Shown piece after piece: positions 1 through 8,858 of a stretch of 64,000 nucleotides of DNA. The translations under genes and the position numbers were made by a program. The DNA lies in the IMG/VR virus record IMGVR_UViG_3300020147_000065, positions 62,001-126,000 of that record; one strand, 5' to 3'. Under the pieces are notes generated by a model that did not search any database, was not told the origin of the DNA, and was given only the letters and a program-made list of their open reading frames with translations. Positions within the stretch are counted from its first letter, which is position 1. Each line of letters opens with the position of its first letter.

Positions 1-2
1 AG

Positions 3-323
3 GAAGACTATGATATGCTTAGGAAAGAGCAGATCACTTTCGACGATTTAATTAAAATTTCTGTGGGCCGATGTGCCAGAGTTTCTTACTTGACACACGA
101 TGGCCGGAGAGATTTACAGGCAGACATTGATTTACACGACCGATTACTCGCTAACGGACATATGTCTCCATTCGAGCATCAAGGTCGTGCAATGAACTCT
201 AAAGTGAAGCGTTCTGGAAATCTTGTTGGCTTCGAACAGTACCGTAAGATGCTTCCTAACGAAAACAGAACGTATTTCAAATGTACTCTACCAAGTGGTC
301 GTGAATTAATTTTGGAGAGATAA
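3..323 (+). CDS. ThyX-like (FAD-dependent thymidylate synthase-like) phage protein, C-terminal part; 5' end lies outside the window
   Basis: RCARVSY..HDG and H.SPFEHQ motifs; frame is open back to the window start. Confidence 0.7.
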   Translation, partial: EDYDMLRKEQITFDDLIKISVGRCARVSYLTHDGRRDLQADIDLHDRLLANGHMSPFEHQGRAMNSKVKRSGNLVGFEQYRKMLPNENRTYFKCTLPSGRELILER

Positions 324-324
324 A

Positions 325-1038
325 ATGCCCTATTATGAAAAGGCACCTCTGCGCTTAAAGGCAGAGCAATTTCGATTTATTGATGGACCAGACGGCGACG
401 AAACTCGCCGTCTGGCTCAATCACTTGGACTCATACAACGATATGAGGTTTATCGTGATGGAGACTTTATTGATAACTCTTCACCTTGGGAAGTCCAGAC
501 ACTTGAAGGTTGGGTTACGGTAAACGATGGTGACTATGTTATCATTGGTATAGAGGGTGAAAAGTATCCTCGTAGCGAAGAAGATTTTCAAAAGAATTAC
601 ACAAAGGTTGAGGGTGAAGAGAACTTATATGAACGTAAGCCCATATGTGTAAAAGCTTTCCAGTGGTGGAAGAATGGAGATCATCCAGAGGATGAGTCGG
701 AGCTAATTACTGGTTCTGATGGTGAAATGTTTCTTAGTGAAGGTAAGATAGTCAGACGATTTAATCATCCTAACATTTCATCGCAAGAAAAGTGTGAAGT
801 TTGTGATCACGTAATGGGTAATCATGGTTGGATTGATAGGGGTGAAAACGGTTTACGTGTTTGCCCAGGTGATATGATTATCCAAACTTACGGTGAAGAA
901 CCTTATCCATGCAAGCCGCGGATTTTCATAAAAACATATTACCTACTTACGTTTGAACAATTTCCGAAGCCTGTGGGAGAAGATGAAGATGAATTTGGAA
1001 CAGAAGGGCCGATTAGTAGTGAAGCATCTGAGGCATGA
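325..1038 (+). CDS. Hypothetical protein with two tandem copies of a common phage domain (YxKxP..A.Q...GDY/MII...YP....F..xY)
   Basis: Internal duplication: TLEGWVTVNDGDYVIIGIEGEKYP..FQKNY and RVCPGDMIIQTYGEEPYPCKPRIFIKTY. Confidence 0.7.
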   Translation: MPYYEKAPLRLKAEQFRFIDGPDGDETRRLAQSLGLIQRYEVYRDGDFIDNSSPWEVQTLEGWVTVNDGDYVIIGIEGEKYPRSEEDFQKNYTKVEGEENLYERKPICVKAFQWWKNGDHPEDESELITGSDGEMFLSEGKIVRRFNHPNISSQEKCEVCDHVMGNHGWIDRGENGLRVCPGDMIIQTYGEEPYPCKPRIFIKTYYLLTFEQFPKPVGEDEDEFGTEGPISSEASEA

Positions 1039-1564
1039 CCCTCATTCTCTTGGATTTAATTCTCTTTTAACCGGTGGCTATCTCCCCGTGGATAGCTTAT
1101 TAAATTCTATCTGGAAATACAAGGGTGTACGTATAACCAGAGATGAATTAAACGAGATCGTCGAAACCAATAACAAACAACGTCTTTCCTATGATACAAC
1201 TGGTACTCTAATCAGAGCAAACCAGGGGCACAGTATTCCTGTGGACTTGCAGTTGACTCCTGAGACTCCACCGGCTGTACTATATCATGGTACAGATGAA
1301 AAATATGTTGACTCAATTAATGAGACTGGTATATACAAGAGTTCTCGTCATGCCGTTCATTTATCCGAAGATGTACATACCGCAGGTAAAGTAGGCGCTC
1401 GTCACAGCGGAAACCCATATGTTCTTGGGGTAGATGCCGAGCAAATGTATAAAGACGGATACTTGTTCTACAAATCAGAAAATGGCGTGTGGCTTACTGA
1501 TTTTGTGCCACAGGGATATTTACTAAGAGAGGAACATGGATATGAACCGATTCGATTTTATTGA
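989..1564 (+). CDS. kptA: RNA 2'-phosphotransferase (Tpt1/KptA family)
   Basis: LRH, KQR, IRANQGHS, LYHGT, RHAVHLS, SENGVWLT motifs; start placed at ATG 989 after GGGAGA. Confidence 0.93.
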   Translation: MNLEQKGRLVVKHLRHDPHSLGFNSLLTGGYLPVDSLLNSIWKYKGVRITRDELNEIVETNNKQRLSYDTTGTLIRANQGHSIPVDLQLTPETPPAVLYHGTDEKYVDSINETGIYKSSRHAVHLSEDVHTAGKVGARHSGNPYVLGVDAEQMYKDGYLFYKSENGVWLTDFVPQGYLLREEHGYEPIRFY

Positions 1565-1802
1565 GAGGATCGAACGTGAACAATTTAGGGCCGTATTATA
1601 CCTCAGAAACAATACTCGTCATAACTTCCATGTGATCGCCAAAAAGGATGAATCTGTGGTAGTTGGTGATGAAATTGAATATGAACCATACTGTTTTAAT
1701 TTTGGTTATTTTGTGAAAAAGGTGACAGAAGATGAAGAGGAAATAGCTCGACTCAAAGCTCTTGGGACGCGACGCTCACATTGCGGCTCTGAGAGCAGGT
1801 AA
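1536..1802 (+). CDS. Hypothetical protein
   Basis: ATG preceded by GAGGA; fits the gene packing. Confidence 0.55.
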   Translation: MDMNRFDFIERIEREQFRAVLYLRNNTRHNFHVIAKKDESVVVGDEIEYEPYCFNFGYFVKKVTEDEEEIARLKALGTRRSHCGSESR

Positions 1803-2064
1803 AACAGTGAGTTTCCGTGAAGGCGGAAACTCTATGACACCACGGATTAAACATAGACAGAAGTGTACTTATACACCCGTGGTTGGCCCCAGCGACGTGA
1901 AGAAAGGTGATGCTGTCTTTTGTAAGGTAGGACACCGATACTTCACACACTTGATTACAGCAATCAAGGGAGATCAATATCAAATCAGCAACAACCACGG
2001 GTTTGTGAATGGTTGGGTGACAATTGATAATATCTTTGGAAAGGTGATAAAGGTGGAGAACTAA
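1762..2064 (+). CDS. S24/S26 peptidase-like small protein
   Basis: GNSMTP (catalytic Ser context), KGDAVFCKV, THLI, IFGKV. Confidence 0.65.
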   Translation: MGRDAHIAALRAGKTVSFREGGNSMTPRIKHRQKCTYTPVVGPSDVKKGDAVFCKVGHRYFTHLITAIKGDQYQISNNHGFVNGWVTIDNIFGKVIKVEN

Positions 2065-2349
2065 ATGAAACAATTCGGGTATGGCGAAATGAAACTCGCC
2101 CGTGCGTATGCTTACGATGGTGGACAGGCGTTATATGTAATGACTTTGACCGTAAACCATAAACTCTACCCACGGTATCCCGAAATAGGCCACCTTTTTG
2201 ACCAAGATAAGACGCGCCTAATTTTCATCGCCCGAAGATTAGGCGTTCGTCGTATTAAATTAAAGCGAGAGGGTTCAAAGAAACAATACATGACCCTCTG
2301 CGGTAAACCTTTGGAAAGAGCAAAGAAACTCTGTTCAAAGACAAAATGA
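2065..2349 (+). CDS. Hypothetical protein (DUF4031-like)
   Basis: GHLFD...L...ARRLGV pattern. Confidence 0.5.
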   Translation: MKQFGYGEMKLARAYAYDGGQALYVMTLTVNHKLYPRYPEIGHLFDQDKTRLIFIARRLGVRRIKLKREGSKKQYMTLCGKPLERAKKLCSKTK

Positions 2350-2356
2350 GGTTCGG

Positions 2357-2770
2357 ATGAAAAAGTATTACAAGAAAGAGTATGTGGAGGCTGAACAATA
2401 TCTTCCACCAGAACAGATTCCAGAGGGAGTAACTTTTGCTGTTCATGGTCCTTATTCTCCCTATGCTGGGCAGAATGTCGCGTCATTCGGTCCATATATG
2501 ATATTACCTGGAGATTATGTCGTGATTGATTCTTATGGCGGTAAGCAGGTAATGACTCAAAAGGCATTTGAACATAATTATTCTGAGGCACCCGTGGAGA
2601 GTTTCGCACCCGGTGTCGTAATAAACGGTATTCACTACACTCCTACAGGTAAAGAATGGTTGGTTGCATTTGCTATGGCAGGTTGTCAATGGGCAATTGA
2701 GGCTTTAGTAAGAGAAAAACCTCTTGATGCTGAGGAAGAAAGAGAACAACACAACGCTAAACTCTTATGA
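2357..2770 (+). CDS. Hypothetical protein, same domain family as 325..1038
   Basis: YYKKEYVEAEQY...PGDYVV...AFEHNY. Confidence 0.65.
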   Translation: MKKYYKKEYVEAEQYLPPEQIPEGVTFAVHGPYSPYAGQNVASFGPYMILPGDYVVIDSYGGKQVMTQKAFEHNYSEAPVESFAPGVVINGIHYTPTGKEWLVAFAMAGCQWAIEALVREKPLDAEEEREQHNAKLL

Positions 2771-2907
2771 AATACCGCAAGAAAATCCATCGCCGTTTCC
2801 CTCGCAGATATAAGCAATATGAGGTCAAGTGGGTAATACCTAATCCGAAATATCCAGAATATGGTTACTGGGTAGGTATCCAAGTTTGGCCCAAGAGAAA
2901 AAAATAA
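2767..2907 (+). CDS. Small basic protein (46 aa, MKYRKKIHRRFPRR...)
   Basis: ATGA overlap with upstream stop; fills the gap before the promoter; not in the ORF track. Confidence 0.5.
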   Translation: MKYRKKIHRRFPRRYKQYEVKWVIPNPKYPEYGYWVGIQVWPKRKK

Positions 2908-2919
2908 ATTGAAATCCTC

Positions 2920-2947
2920 TTGACAACTACCAGAAACCTGGTATAAT
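2920..2947 (+). promoter_or_regulatory. Sigma70-type promoter
   Basis: TTGACA-16 nt-TATAAT with TG extended -10 and upstream A-tract. Confidence 0.8.
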
Positions 2948-2968
2948 TTTCCCTGGTGATCGAAACAT

Positions 2969-3571
2969 ATGAATAGAAACAGACCGAACTACGCGCTACT
3001 CGGATGCGGTGGAGTAGCAACCCTTGGCCTTGTGGCCATCCTGATCTTTGCTCTCTCCGCCATCGGGGTTAGCAATAGCGAAAAGCAGTTGCGAAATACA
3101 ATTGTCGCTAAACAAGAAGTTCTTCGTTCGAACTACGACAAGATGTGGAAAATTCTGGCTCAACAGGCCGGAGTATCTGCTGAATACAAGAACTCCTTCA
3201 AAGAGATTTACCCGGCCTTAATGGAAGGCCGATATGGAAATGCTCGTGGTGGTGCTCTAATGTCATGGGTTCACGAACATAACCCTGAGTTCTCTCCCCG
3301 ACTTTTCGAGCAACTTAACAACTCGATTCAGGATCAAAGAACCGAATACTTCAAGCAGGAAGAAGCTGCCCTCGACCTAAAACGTGAACACGACAACATG
3401 ATTGATACTTTTCCAAGTAGCTTGATTCTAAGTATTCTTGGTAGAGATAAGATTAAACTCCAACTTGTTCGTTCTGAGCGTACAGATAATGCTTTTGAAA
3501 CTGGACAAGATAATGAGGTAAATCTATTCCCGACTGCGCAGCCACAAAAGGCGCCCGTAAAGGTAAAATAA
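2969..3571 (+). CDS. LemA-like membrane-anchored helical protein
   Basis: N-terminal TM helix, coiled coil, C-terminal FPSSLI motif. Confidence 0.6.
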   Translation: MNRNRPNYALLGCGGVATLGLVAILIFALSAIGVSNSEKQLRNTIVAKQEVLRSNYDKMWKILAQQAGVSAEYKNSFKEIYPALMEGRYGNARGGALMSWVHEHNPEFSPRLFEQLNNSIQDQRTEYFKQEEAALDLKREHDNMIDTFPSSLILSILGRDKIKLQLVRSERTDNAFETGQDNEVNLFPTAQPQKAPVKVK

Positions 3572-3942
3572 TGTCCGTAGAAGTAATCGAAGATAAATTT
3601 TCTGGAGTCGCAAATGACTTCTTAATTGGTTTTACTGAGATGCAAGAGGCGGTTTACAAAACCGCCGTCGAGCATGGTTGGTGGGATGATGAGCGCAATA
3701 ACGGAGAATTAATCGCTCTTATGCACTCTGAACTGTCAGAGGGTCTTGACTCTTTGCGACATGGCGATCCTCCCAGCGATCATATTCCTGAGTTCAGTGG
3801 TCTTGAAGAAGAATTTGCTGATGTGATAATCCGAATTATGGATTATGCTCAGGCTCGTGGACTTCGTGTTGGTGAAGCTGTTCTTGCCAAAGCCAAGTTT
3901 AATGAAAGCAGACGATACAAACACGGAGGAAAGAAGTTCTAA
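3571..3942 (+). CDS. MazG-like nucleotide pyrophosphohydrolase
   Basis: HSELSE and EEEFADVIIRIMD metal-binding helices. Confidence 0.85.
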   Translation: MSVEVIEDKFSGVANDFLIGFTEMQEAVYKTAVEHGWWDDERNNGELIALMHSELSEGLDSLRHGDPPSDHIPEFSGLEEEFADVIIRIMDYAQARGLRVGEAVLAKAKFNESRRYKHGGKKF

Positions 3943-4238
3943 TGGGTGAATTTAACGAACTACTCTTTAACAATCCTGTGTTCAATAAAGGTCTAAATCT
4001 TACTGTACGCAGAGGCATCAAATGGTCTTTACAATCTGGTGCCCATATTGAGAATGTCGGCTCAGTTTTAATTAATACTCAGGTCATGAGATTCTCTGAT
4101 TTGACCGATAGAGATTTAAAATTTGAGCATGACCCAGCCTGTCGAACCGTTACAGGACTTTATCAGGTATTGCAGGATACTTATCCTGGTTTTGACCCAA
4201 GAGAAATTGTTACTCTTGTTAGTTTCGAAGTCAGATAA
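3942..4238 (+). CDS. ASCH/PUA-like protein
   Basis: KGLNLTVRRG, F.DLT..D...E, L...YP, VTLVSF. Confidence 0.55.
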   Translation: MGEFNELLFNNPVFNKGLNLTVRRGIKWSLQSGAHIENVGSVLINTQVMRFSDLTDRDLKFEHDPACRTVTGLYQVLQDTYPGFDPREIVTLVSFEVR

Positions 4239-4239
4239 C

Positions 4240-4276
4240 AAAGAGGGCGGCTCTTCCGAGAGTTCGCCCTCTTTTT
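4240..4276 (+). terminator. Intrinsic terminator
   Basis: AAAGAGGGCG...CGCCCTCTTTTT hairpin with U-tract. Confidence 0.75.
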
Positions 4277-4291
4277 GGAAGGGTGATTTAA

Positions 4292-5461
4292 ATGTTGATT
4301 TGGGGAGCACTTATAATTCCGATTATCTTAACGATAATCTTCGTAATTAAATGGCATAATAAAATGGCCTGGTGGGAGTACGTTATTCCAACTTTAGCAG
4401 TTCTTATGATTATCGCCGTCTTTAAAAGCGGTACAGAAAGTATGCAAGTTCAGGACACAGAGTATCATGGCTCATGGGTAGCTACAGCAACCTACGAAGA
4501 GCCTTGGGATGAGTGGATTGAAGATACCTGCACCAAAACAGTGTCATGTGGTAAAGACTGTACGACCACTGAAACTTATGACTGTTCTTATAGAAAAGAC
4601 CATCCAGCTCAGTATTATATCGAGGAAGGTGCTGGTGGAAAAGTTCTTAACATAGACCCCGGTTATTTTAACTGGTTGTGCGAACATTTTGGTAACAAGA
4701 ACTTTATTGAAATGAATCGAGATTACTATCGAATTGATGGTAACGCTTATCAGACAATATGGGGTGGAGAGCGCAATAAACTGGTGCCTGTCTCTACAAT
4801 CCATAACTATGTGAATAGGATTCAGGCTTCAACAAGCGTATATCGCTTCCGCGAAATCCCTGAAAAAGAAGCGAAATCAAAAGGTCTTTATGAGTATCCT
4901 GGTGTAGATGCCCAATACCAGACCGAAAATATTCTTGGTCCGGCAGGTAATCAAAAGAATGATGCTGAGCGATACATTCAATTGTTAAATGCTACAATGG
5001 GCAGACCTAATCAGGTTCGGTTATACATTCTAATCTTTCAGGACAAACCACGGGATGTCGCTTTCGACCAACAGGCATATTGGGGTGGAGGCAACAAGAA
5101 CGAGTTCGTTGTTTGCATTGGAATTGATAAAGAGCGTAAAGTCAAATGGTGTGTACCATTCTCATGGATGGACAAACAGGGACTTACAACTAATATCCGT
5201 ACCGATGTTTTACAACAGACAGGAAAACCCCTTGACCTTTTGAAAGTAATACGACACCTTGAGGTAAGAGTACCAAAAGAGTGGGAGAGAAAGCAGTTCG
5301 CTGACTTTAACTATCTTACGGTTGAGCCTCCTCTGTGGGCAGTTATTATTACATACCTTGCCTCCATATTAGTTACCGGAGGAACTCTTTACTGGTGTCA
5401 TTGCAACGACTTTGAATGTGGTGGTCATAAAACTCCGTATCGGAGCCGTTATCGTTACTAA
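4292..5461 (+). CDS. Membrane protein with large extracytoplasmic (TPM-like) domain
   Basis: Two N-terminal and one C-terminal TM helices; W.GGNKNEFVVCIG motif. Confidence 0.65.
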   Translation: MLIWGALIIPIILTIIFVIKWHNKMAWWEYVIPTLAVLMIIAVFKSGTESMQVQDTEYHGSWVATATYEEPWDEWIEDTCTKTVSCGKDCTTTETYDCSYRKDHPAQYYIEEGAGGKVLNIDPGYFNWLCEHFGNKNFIEMNRDYYRIDGNAYQTIWGGERNKLVPVSTIHNYVNRIQASTSVYRFREIPEKEAKSKGLYEYPGVDAQYQTENILGPAGNQKNDAERYIQLLNATMGRPNQVRLYILIFQDKPRDVAFDQQAYWGGGNKNEFVVCIGIDKERKVKWCVPFSWMDKQGLTTNIRTDVLQQTGKPLDLLKVIRHLEVRVPKEWERKQFADFNYLTVEPPLWAVIITYLASILVTGGTLYWCHCNDFECGGHKTPYRSRYRY

Positions 5462-5463
5462 AC

Positions 5464-5805
5464 GTGTTTACTCACATGAGCGAAGAAAAGAGCCCAAGAC
5501 ATCAAGCGGCGGATTTAATTTCCGCCGCGATCATTAAACAGAAATTGAACAAGCCTTTTGGTGGTTCGGTGATTTTAACTGAATCCAACCCAAGACATTA
5601 TCGAGTAGGCTTTTCTCTATCGTCTGGAAATGATGGTGTGGTTCATGTTTATGATACAGATTACGTGGTAGTGAGATACTCCCATGGTAAGCGAAGTGGA
5701 GAATCTGTATTCGTTTCTCCCAAAGACGCTTTGAAATTCATTAAATTGGGTTTTATCGAAGGTAAATGGGATGAAGCAGACAAAATAAAGCAGAGGGATA
5801 CTTGA
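5464..5805 (+). CDS. Hypothetical protein
   Basis: ORF fills the space before the terminator; start may be ATG 5476. Confidence 0.6.
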   Translation: MFTHMSEEKSPRHQAADLISAAIIKQKLNKPFGGSVILTESNPRHYRVGFSLSSGNDGVVHVYDTDYVVVRYSHGKRSGESVFVSPKDALKFIKLGFIEGKWDEADKIKQRDT

Positions 5806-5823
5806 CGTATCCCTCTGTTTTTT
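5791..5823 (+). terminator. Intrinsic terminator overlapping a promoter
   Basis: CAGAGGGATAC-ttgac-GTATCCCTCTG followed by a T-tract. Confidence 0.8.
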
Positions 5824-5830
5824 GTAGAAT
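5802..5830 (+). promoter_or_regulatory. Sigma70-type promoter for the Prim-Pol gene
   Basis: TTGACG-17 nt-TAGAAT. Confidence 0.75.
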
Positions 5831-5848
5831 TCTATTGGGTGATCAAAA

Positions 5849-6850
5849 ATGAATTCTCAAAGAGAGTTGAATGAACAAGGTGTAGATTGGAATCGAGCTA
5901 CAAGAGAACATGCACTGGAGTATGTAAAGAAATTTGGATGGTATTTGGTACCGATTCACTCGCCACGGGGTTCTAAATGCTCATGTGGCCACGATGATTG
6001 TGATAAAATCGGAAAGCATCCTCGAATCAAGGAATGGCAAAAGAACTGTTCTAACGATCCAAAAGTAATAAATCAATGGTTTGACTGGTGGCCTGATATG
6101 AACATTGCTGTAGCTACTGGTCCTAACTCAAACCTCATAGCCATTGATGCCGACGGACTACGGGGCAAGAGAACGCTCATGATGGCTTTAACGCTACCAT
6201 ATACACTCTCTGCCCGTTCTGGTGATGGTGTCCATTATTACTTCAAGTATCCAAAAGGTTACACAGAGAAAGTAAAAACCAAGGCAGGTATGCTTCCCAA
6301 CGTGGATAGCCGAGCCGAAGGTGGTTACATTCTTCTGGCCCCCAGCCTTCACCGTAAAGGTTTCCGCTACGAATGGCTTGACTCTGCTGAGATAGCAACA
6401 GCACCTCAAATCATTCTTGATATGTTAACTGCCAATGAGCAGGAACACATTGAGGTAAAATTCAATGTCAAAATTGAAGACCCGAAGATTGACGCTTATG
6501 GAAAAGCGGCTTTACAAGACGAAATAGCGATTATCATGTCTTGTCCCATTGGACTTAAACTAAGGAATAAGACTTTTTATGCATCGTGTTGTAGGCTTTA
6601 TCGCCTCGTAGCAGGACAGTGTCTCGATGAAGCAACGGTTGATGAACTGGTAATGAATGCTTCTGAGCATATCAAAATGGAGCACGAAGAAGCCCTTAAA
6701 ACAAGAGATAGTGCAAAGAAATGGGCGGTAAACTTTCCACGAACACCAAAGGAAACTGAGGTTCATGTTCGCGCAGAAAATAAGAAATGGGAGCCTAAAT
6801 ATGCAGAACCGGCGCAGGTTCAATCTACCTTTGTTGACGACTTCATTTAA
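5849..6850 (+). CDS. Bifunctional DNA primase/polymerase (Prim-Pol, AEP) with PriCT-like C-terminus
   Basis: CSCG..C..GKHP, NIAVATG, IAIDAD, GVHYYF, DSRAEGGYILLAPSLH. Confidence 0.9.
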   Translation: MNSQRELNEQGVDWNRATREHALEYVKKFGWYLVPIHSPRGSKCSCGHDDCDKIGKHPRIKEWQKNCSNDPKVINQWFDWWPDMNIAVATGPNSNLIAIDADGLRGKRTLMMALTLPYTLSARSGDGVHYYFKYPKGYTEKVKTKAGMLPNVDSRAEGGYILLAPSLHRKGFRYEWLDSAEIATAPQIILDMLTANEQEHIEVKFNVKIEDPKIDAYGKAALQDEIAIIMSCPIGLKLRNKTFYASCCRLYRLVAGQCLDEATVDELVMNASEHIKMEHEEALKTRDSAKKWAVNFPRTPKETEVHVRAENKKWEPKYAEPAQVQSTFVDDFI

Positions 6851-7081
6851 GTCTTTTGAAAGGGCGCGGTATAGATTTAATTTACAACTTTTATACCGCG
6901 TCTACATTTTAATTCCTGATGTTCGCTTCTTTGCGTTAGCGAAAGCCAACATTAAACATCTTTATCAATACACAGCAATGCGAGCAGCACAATGTGGACT
7001 TGAAATAAAACAGAAGATCAAAGAAAAAGAAAAGGAGAGGCCACGTTCGGAAGTTGTTGTTTCCGATTACGACCTACCTCA

Positions 7082-8494
7082 TTGATGAACGAATTATTTA
7101 ACAATCTATTGGCCGAATTTCATAAGAATCAATTTCTTGCAGGTGGTTTTGTTCTCGCAATGTTGGCCTCATTAGCTGCTGCGGGAAGACAATTATTCAT
7201 GCAAGCCAGGGCGTGGGCGTGGAGAAATCTAACCTGCGAAATGGAGGTTTCAAATTTTGACGACTTCTTTGAATTGTTCTCAATCTGGATGGCGAACAAC
7301 CCTCATTTGTTAAAGGTGAGACACGTTGAGCCAAGGACAACTTACATGAGATCGTCCGGTCCCAGTGGACCCGACTACTTCTTGCGTCCTGCTCCGGGCA
7401 CTTATGTTGTTCCAATCAAAGGTATAAGGACAATTTTTCGTATTCACCGCGACTCTCCGACAAGTTCATTGAATAGCAATTCAAATAAGCCGATGATGCC
7501 GATTGAGCGCATTACAATTACTGCTTTTACACGAGACAGAAATTTCTTAATGGATTTCATGAAGGAAATTCAAGAGGAAGCTGAAAAATTTACTTCTGAT
7601 AAGACCTACACTTACGTGTTTGATGGAGGATGGGATCGCATGGGTGAGACGCGCCCACGTAGTCTTGAATCTGTTTGTTTACCTGATGCCGACATCAAAA
7701 CGGTTATTGATGCTATCGAGAAGTACAAATCAAGTGAGGCACTCTATCGCCGTAGAGGTATTCCTTATCGTCTTGGTATGCTCTTTCATGGTGATCCTGG
7801 GACAGGAAAAACATCTTTGATTGTAGCTCTGGCAAATCATTATAAAATGAATCTTTATACAATGAGTCTTGCCAGTTCGACAGTCAGCGATTCATCTTTA
7901 CCGACCGTTCTACGTAACGTGAAAGATAATAGCATCGTGTTGTTCGAAGACGTTGACTGCTTATTCCGTCAGCGTGAAGAAGATGAGCGAGTCGGAGTAA
8001 CATTCTCTGGTTATTTAAATGCGTTAGATGGGGTTGCTACAAGAGAAAACGTGATATTCGTTCAAACAACCAACCACAAAGAATTGCTCGATCCTGCTTT
8101 GTTTAGACCAGGAAGGGTTGACATAGAACTCGAATTCACGTATGCTACATCTGAGCAAGCAAAAAAGATGTTGGTTCACTTCTATCCAGAAGCGACCGAA
8201 GATGAACAAGAAACTTTTGCGATGGTTATGCCGGATAGCGTGACAACTGCGGAGATTCAAAAGCATCTACTTGCGACATCAAATATTGATGAAGCTATAC
8301 AAAATGATTTCTCAGGTAAAGAACCTGAGGTACCCAACCTAACTTCGGAACAGTTGAAACGTAGCCTGGAATTGGCAAAACATTTAACAGATAAGAAGTA
8401 TGGGACGGGTATCGCCAGAGGATTAACTGGTGGCTTCGGAAAACCAGCCGTGGCATACCCAACAGGAAAGGGAATAGGGAAGGTTTATGGTTAA
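7082..8494 (+). CDS. BCS1-like membrane-anchored AAA+ ATPase
   Basis: N-terminal TM, BCS1_N-like region, Walker A GDPGTGKT, Walker B VLFEDVD, VTFSGYLNALDGV, TTNH..LDPALFRPGRVD. Confidence 0.85.
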   Translation: MMNELFNNLLAEFHKNQFLAGGFVLAMLASLAAAGRQLFMQARAWAWRNLTCEMEVSNFDDFFELFSIWMANNPHLLKVRHVEPRTTYMRSSGPSGPDYFLRPAPGTYVVPIKGIRTIFRIHRDSPTSSLNSNSNKPMMPIERITITAFTRDRNFLMDFMKEIQEEAEKFTSDKTYTYVFDGGWDRMGETRPRSLESVCLPDADIKTVIDAIEKYKSSEALYRRRGIPYRLGMLFHGDPGTGKTSLIVALANHYKMNLYTMSLASSTVSDSSLPTVLRNVKDNSIVLFEDVDCLFRQREEDERVGVTFSGYLNALDGVATRENVIFVQTTNHKELLDPALFRPGRVDIELEFTYATSEQAKKMLVHFYPEATEDEQETFAMVMPDSVTTAEIQKHLLATSNIDEAIQNDFSGKEPEVPNLTSEQLKRSLELAKHLTDKKYGTGIARGLTGGFGKPAVAYPTGKGIGKVYG

Positions 8495-8858
8495 GTCAAT
8501 TACGATTAATGATGAAGGTAATCAAGTGACCGTCTACGAAGACGGTCACACTTTCGAAAAGCAGCCGCTTTCTTATTCTCAAAAAGAACGCGCTGTGAAA
8601 ATCCTTGACGGGTTTATCGCAAAGGATGATTACGAGAGACTAAGACAAGAAATGGAGAAAGACCCCAGTGGATGGCTTACCCCATATCATATGTGGGCAG
8701 GAATGGCTGTAAGAAATCATCTTCGTTCTGGTGGTTTTAGAGACGATGAACTTCCATTTGTTTATTACAATGGACAACCAGTACAAAACTGGGATGATTA
8801 CTACGGACAGATCATTGAGATTCTTGTCGGGTTTAAACCAATTGAAAAGGCGTTTTAA
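8487..8858 (+). CDS. Hypothetical protein (DUF6794-like)
   Basis: H..GMAVRN.LR motif; overlapping start with SD. Confidence 0.55.
   Translation: MVKSITINDEGNQVTVYEDGHTFEKQPLSYSQKERAVKILDGFIAKDDYERLRQEMEKDPSGWLTPYHMWAGMAVRNHLRSGGFRDDELPFVYYNGQPVQNWDDYYGQIIEILVGFKPIEKAF

Noticed and set aside
6765-7085. 106-aa ORF after Prim-Pol A
   Set aside because: Overlaps the Prim-Pol end, has no SD or motif; at most a short 3' part may be coding
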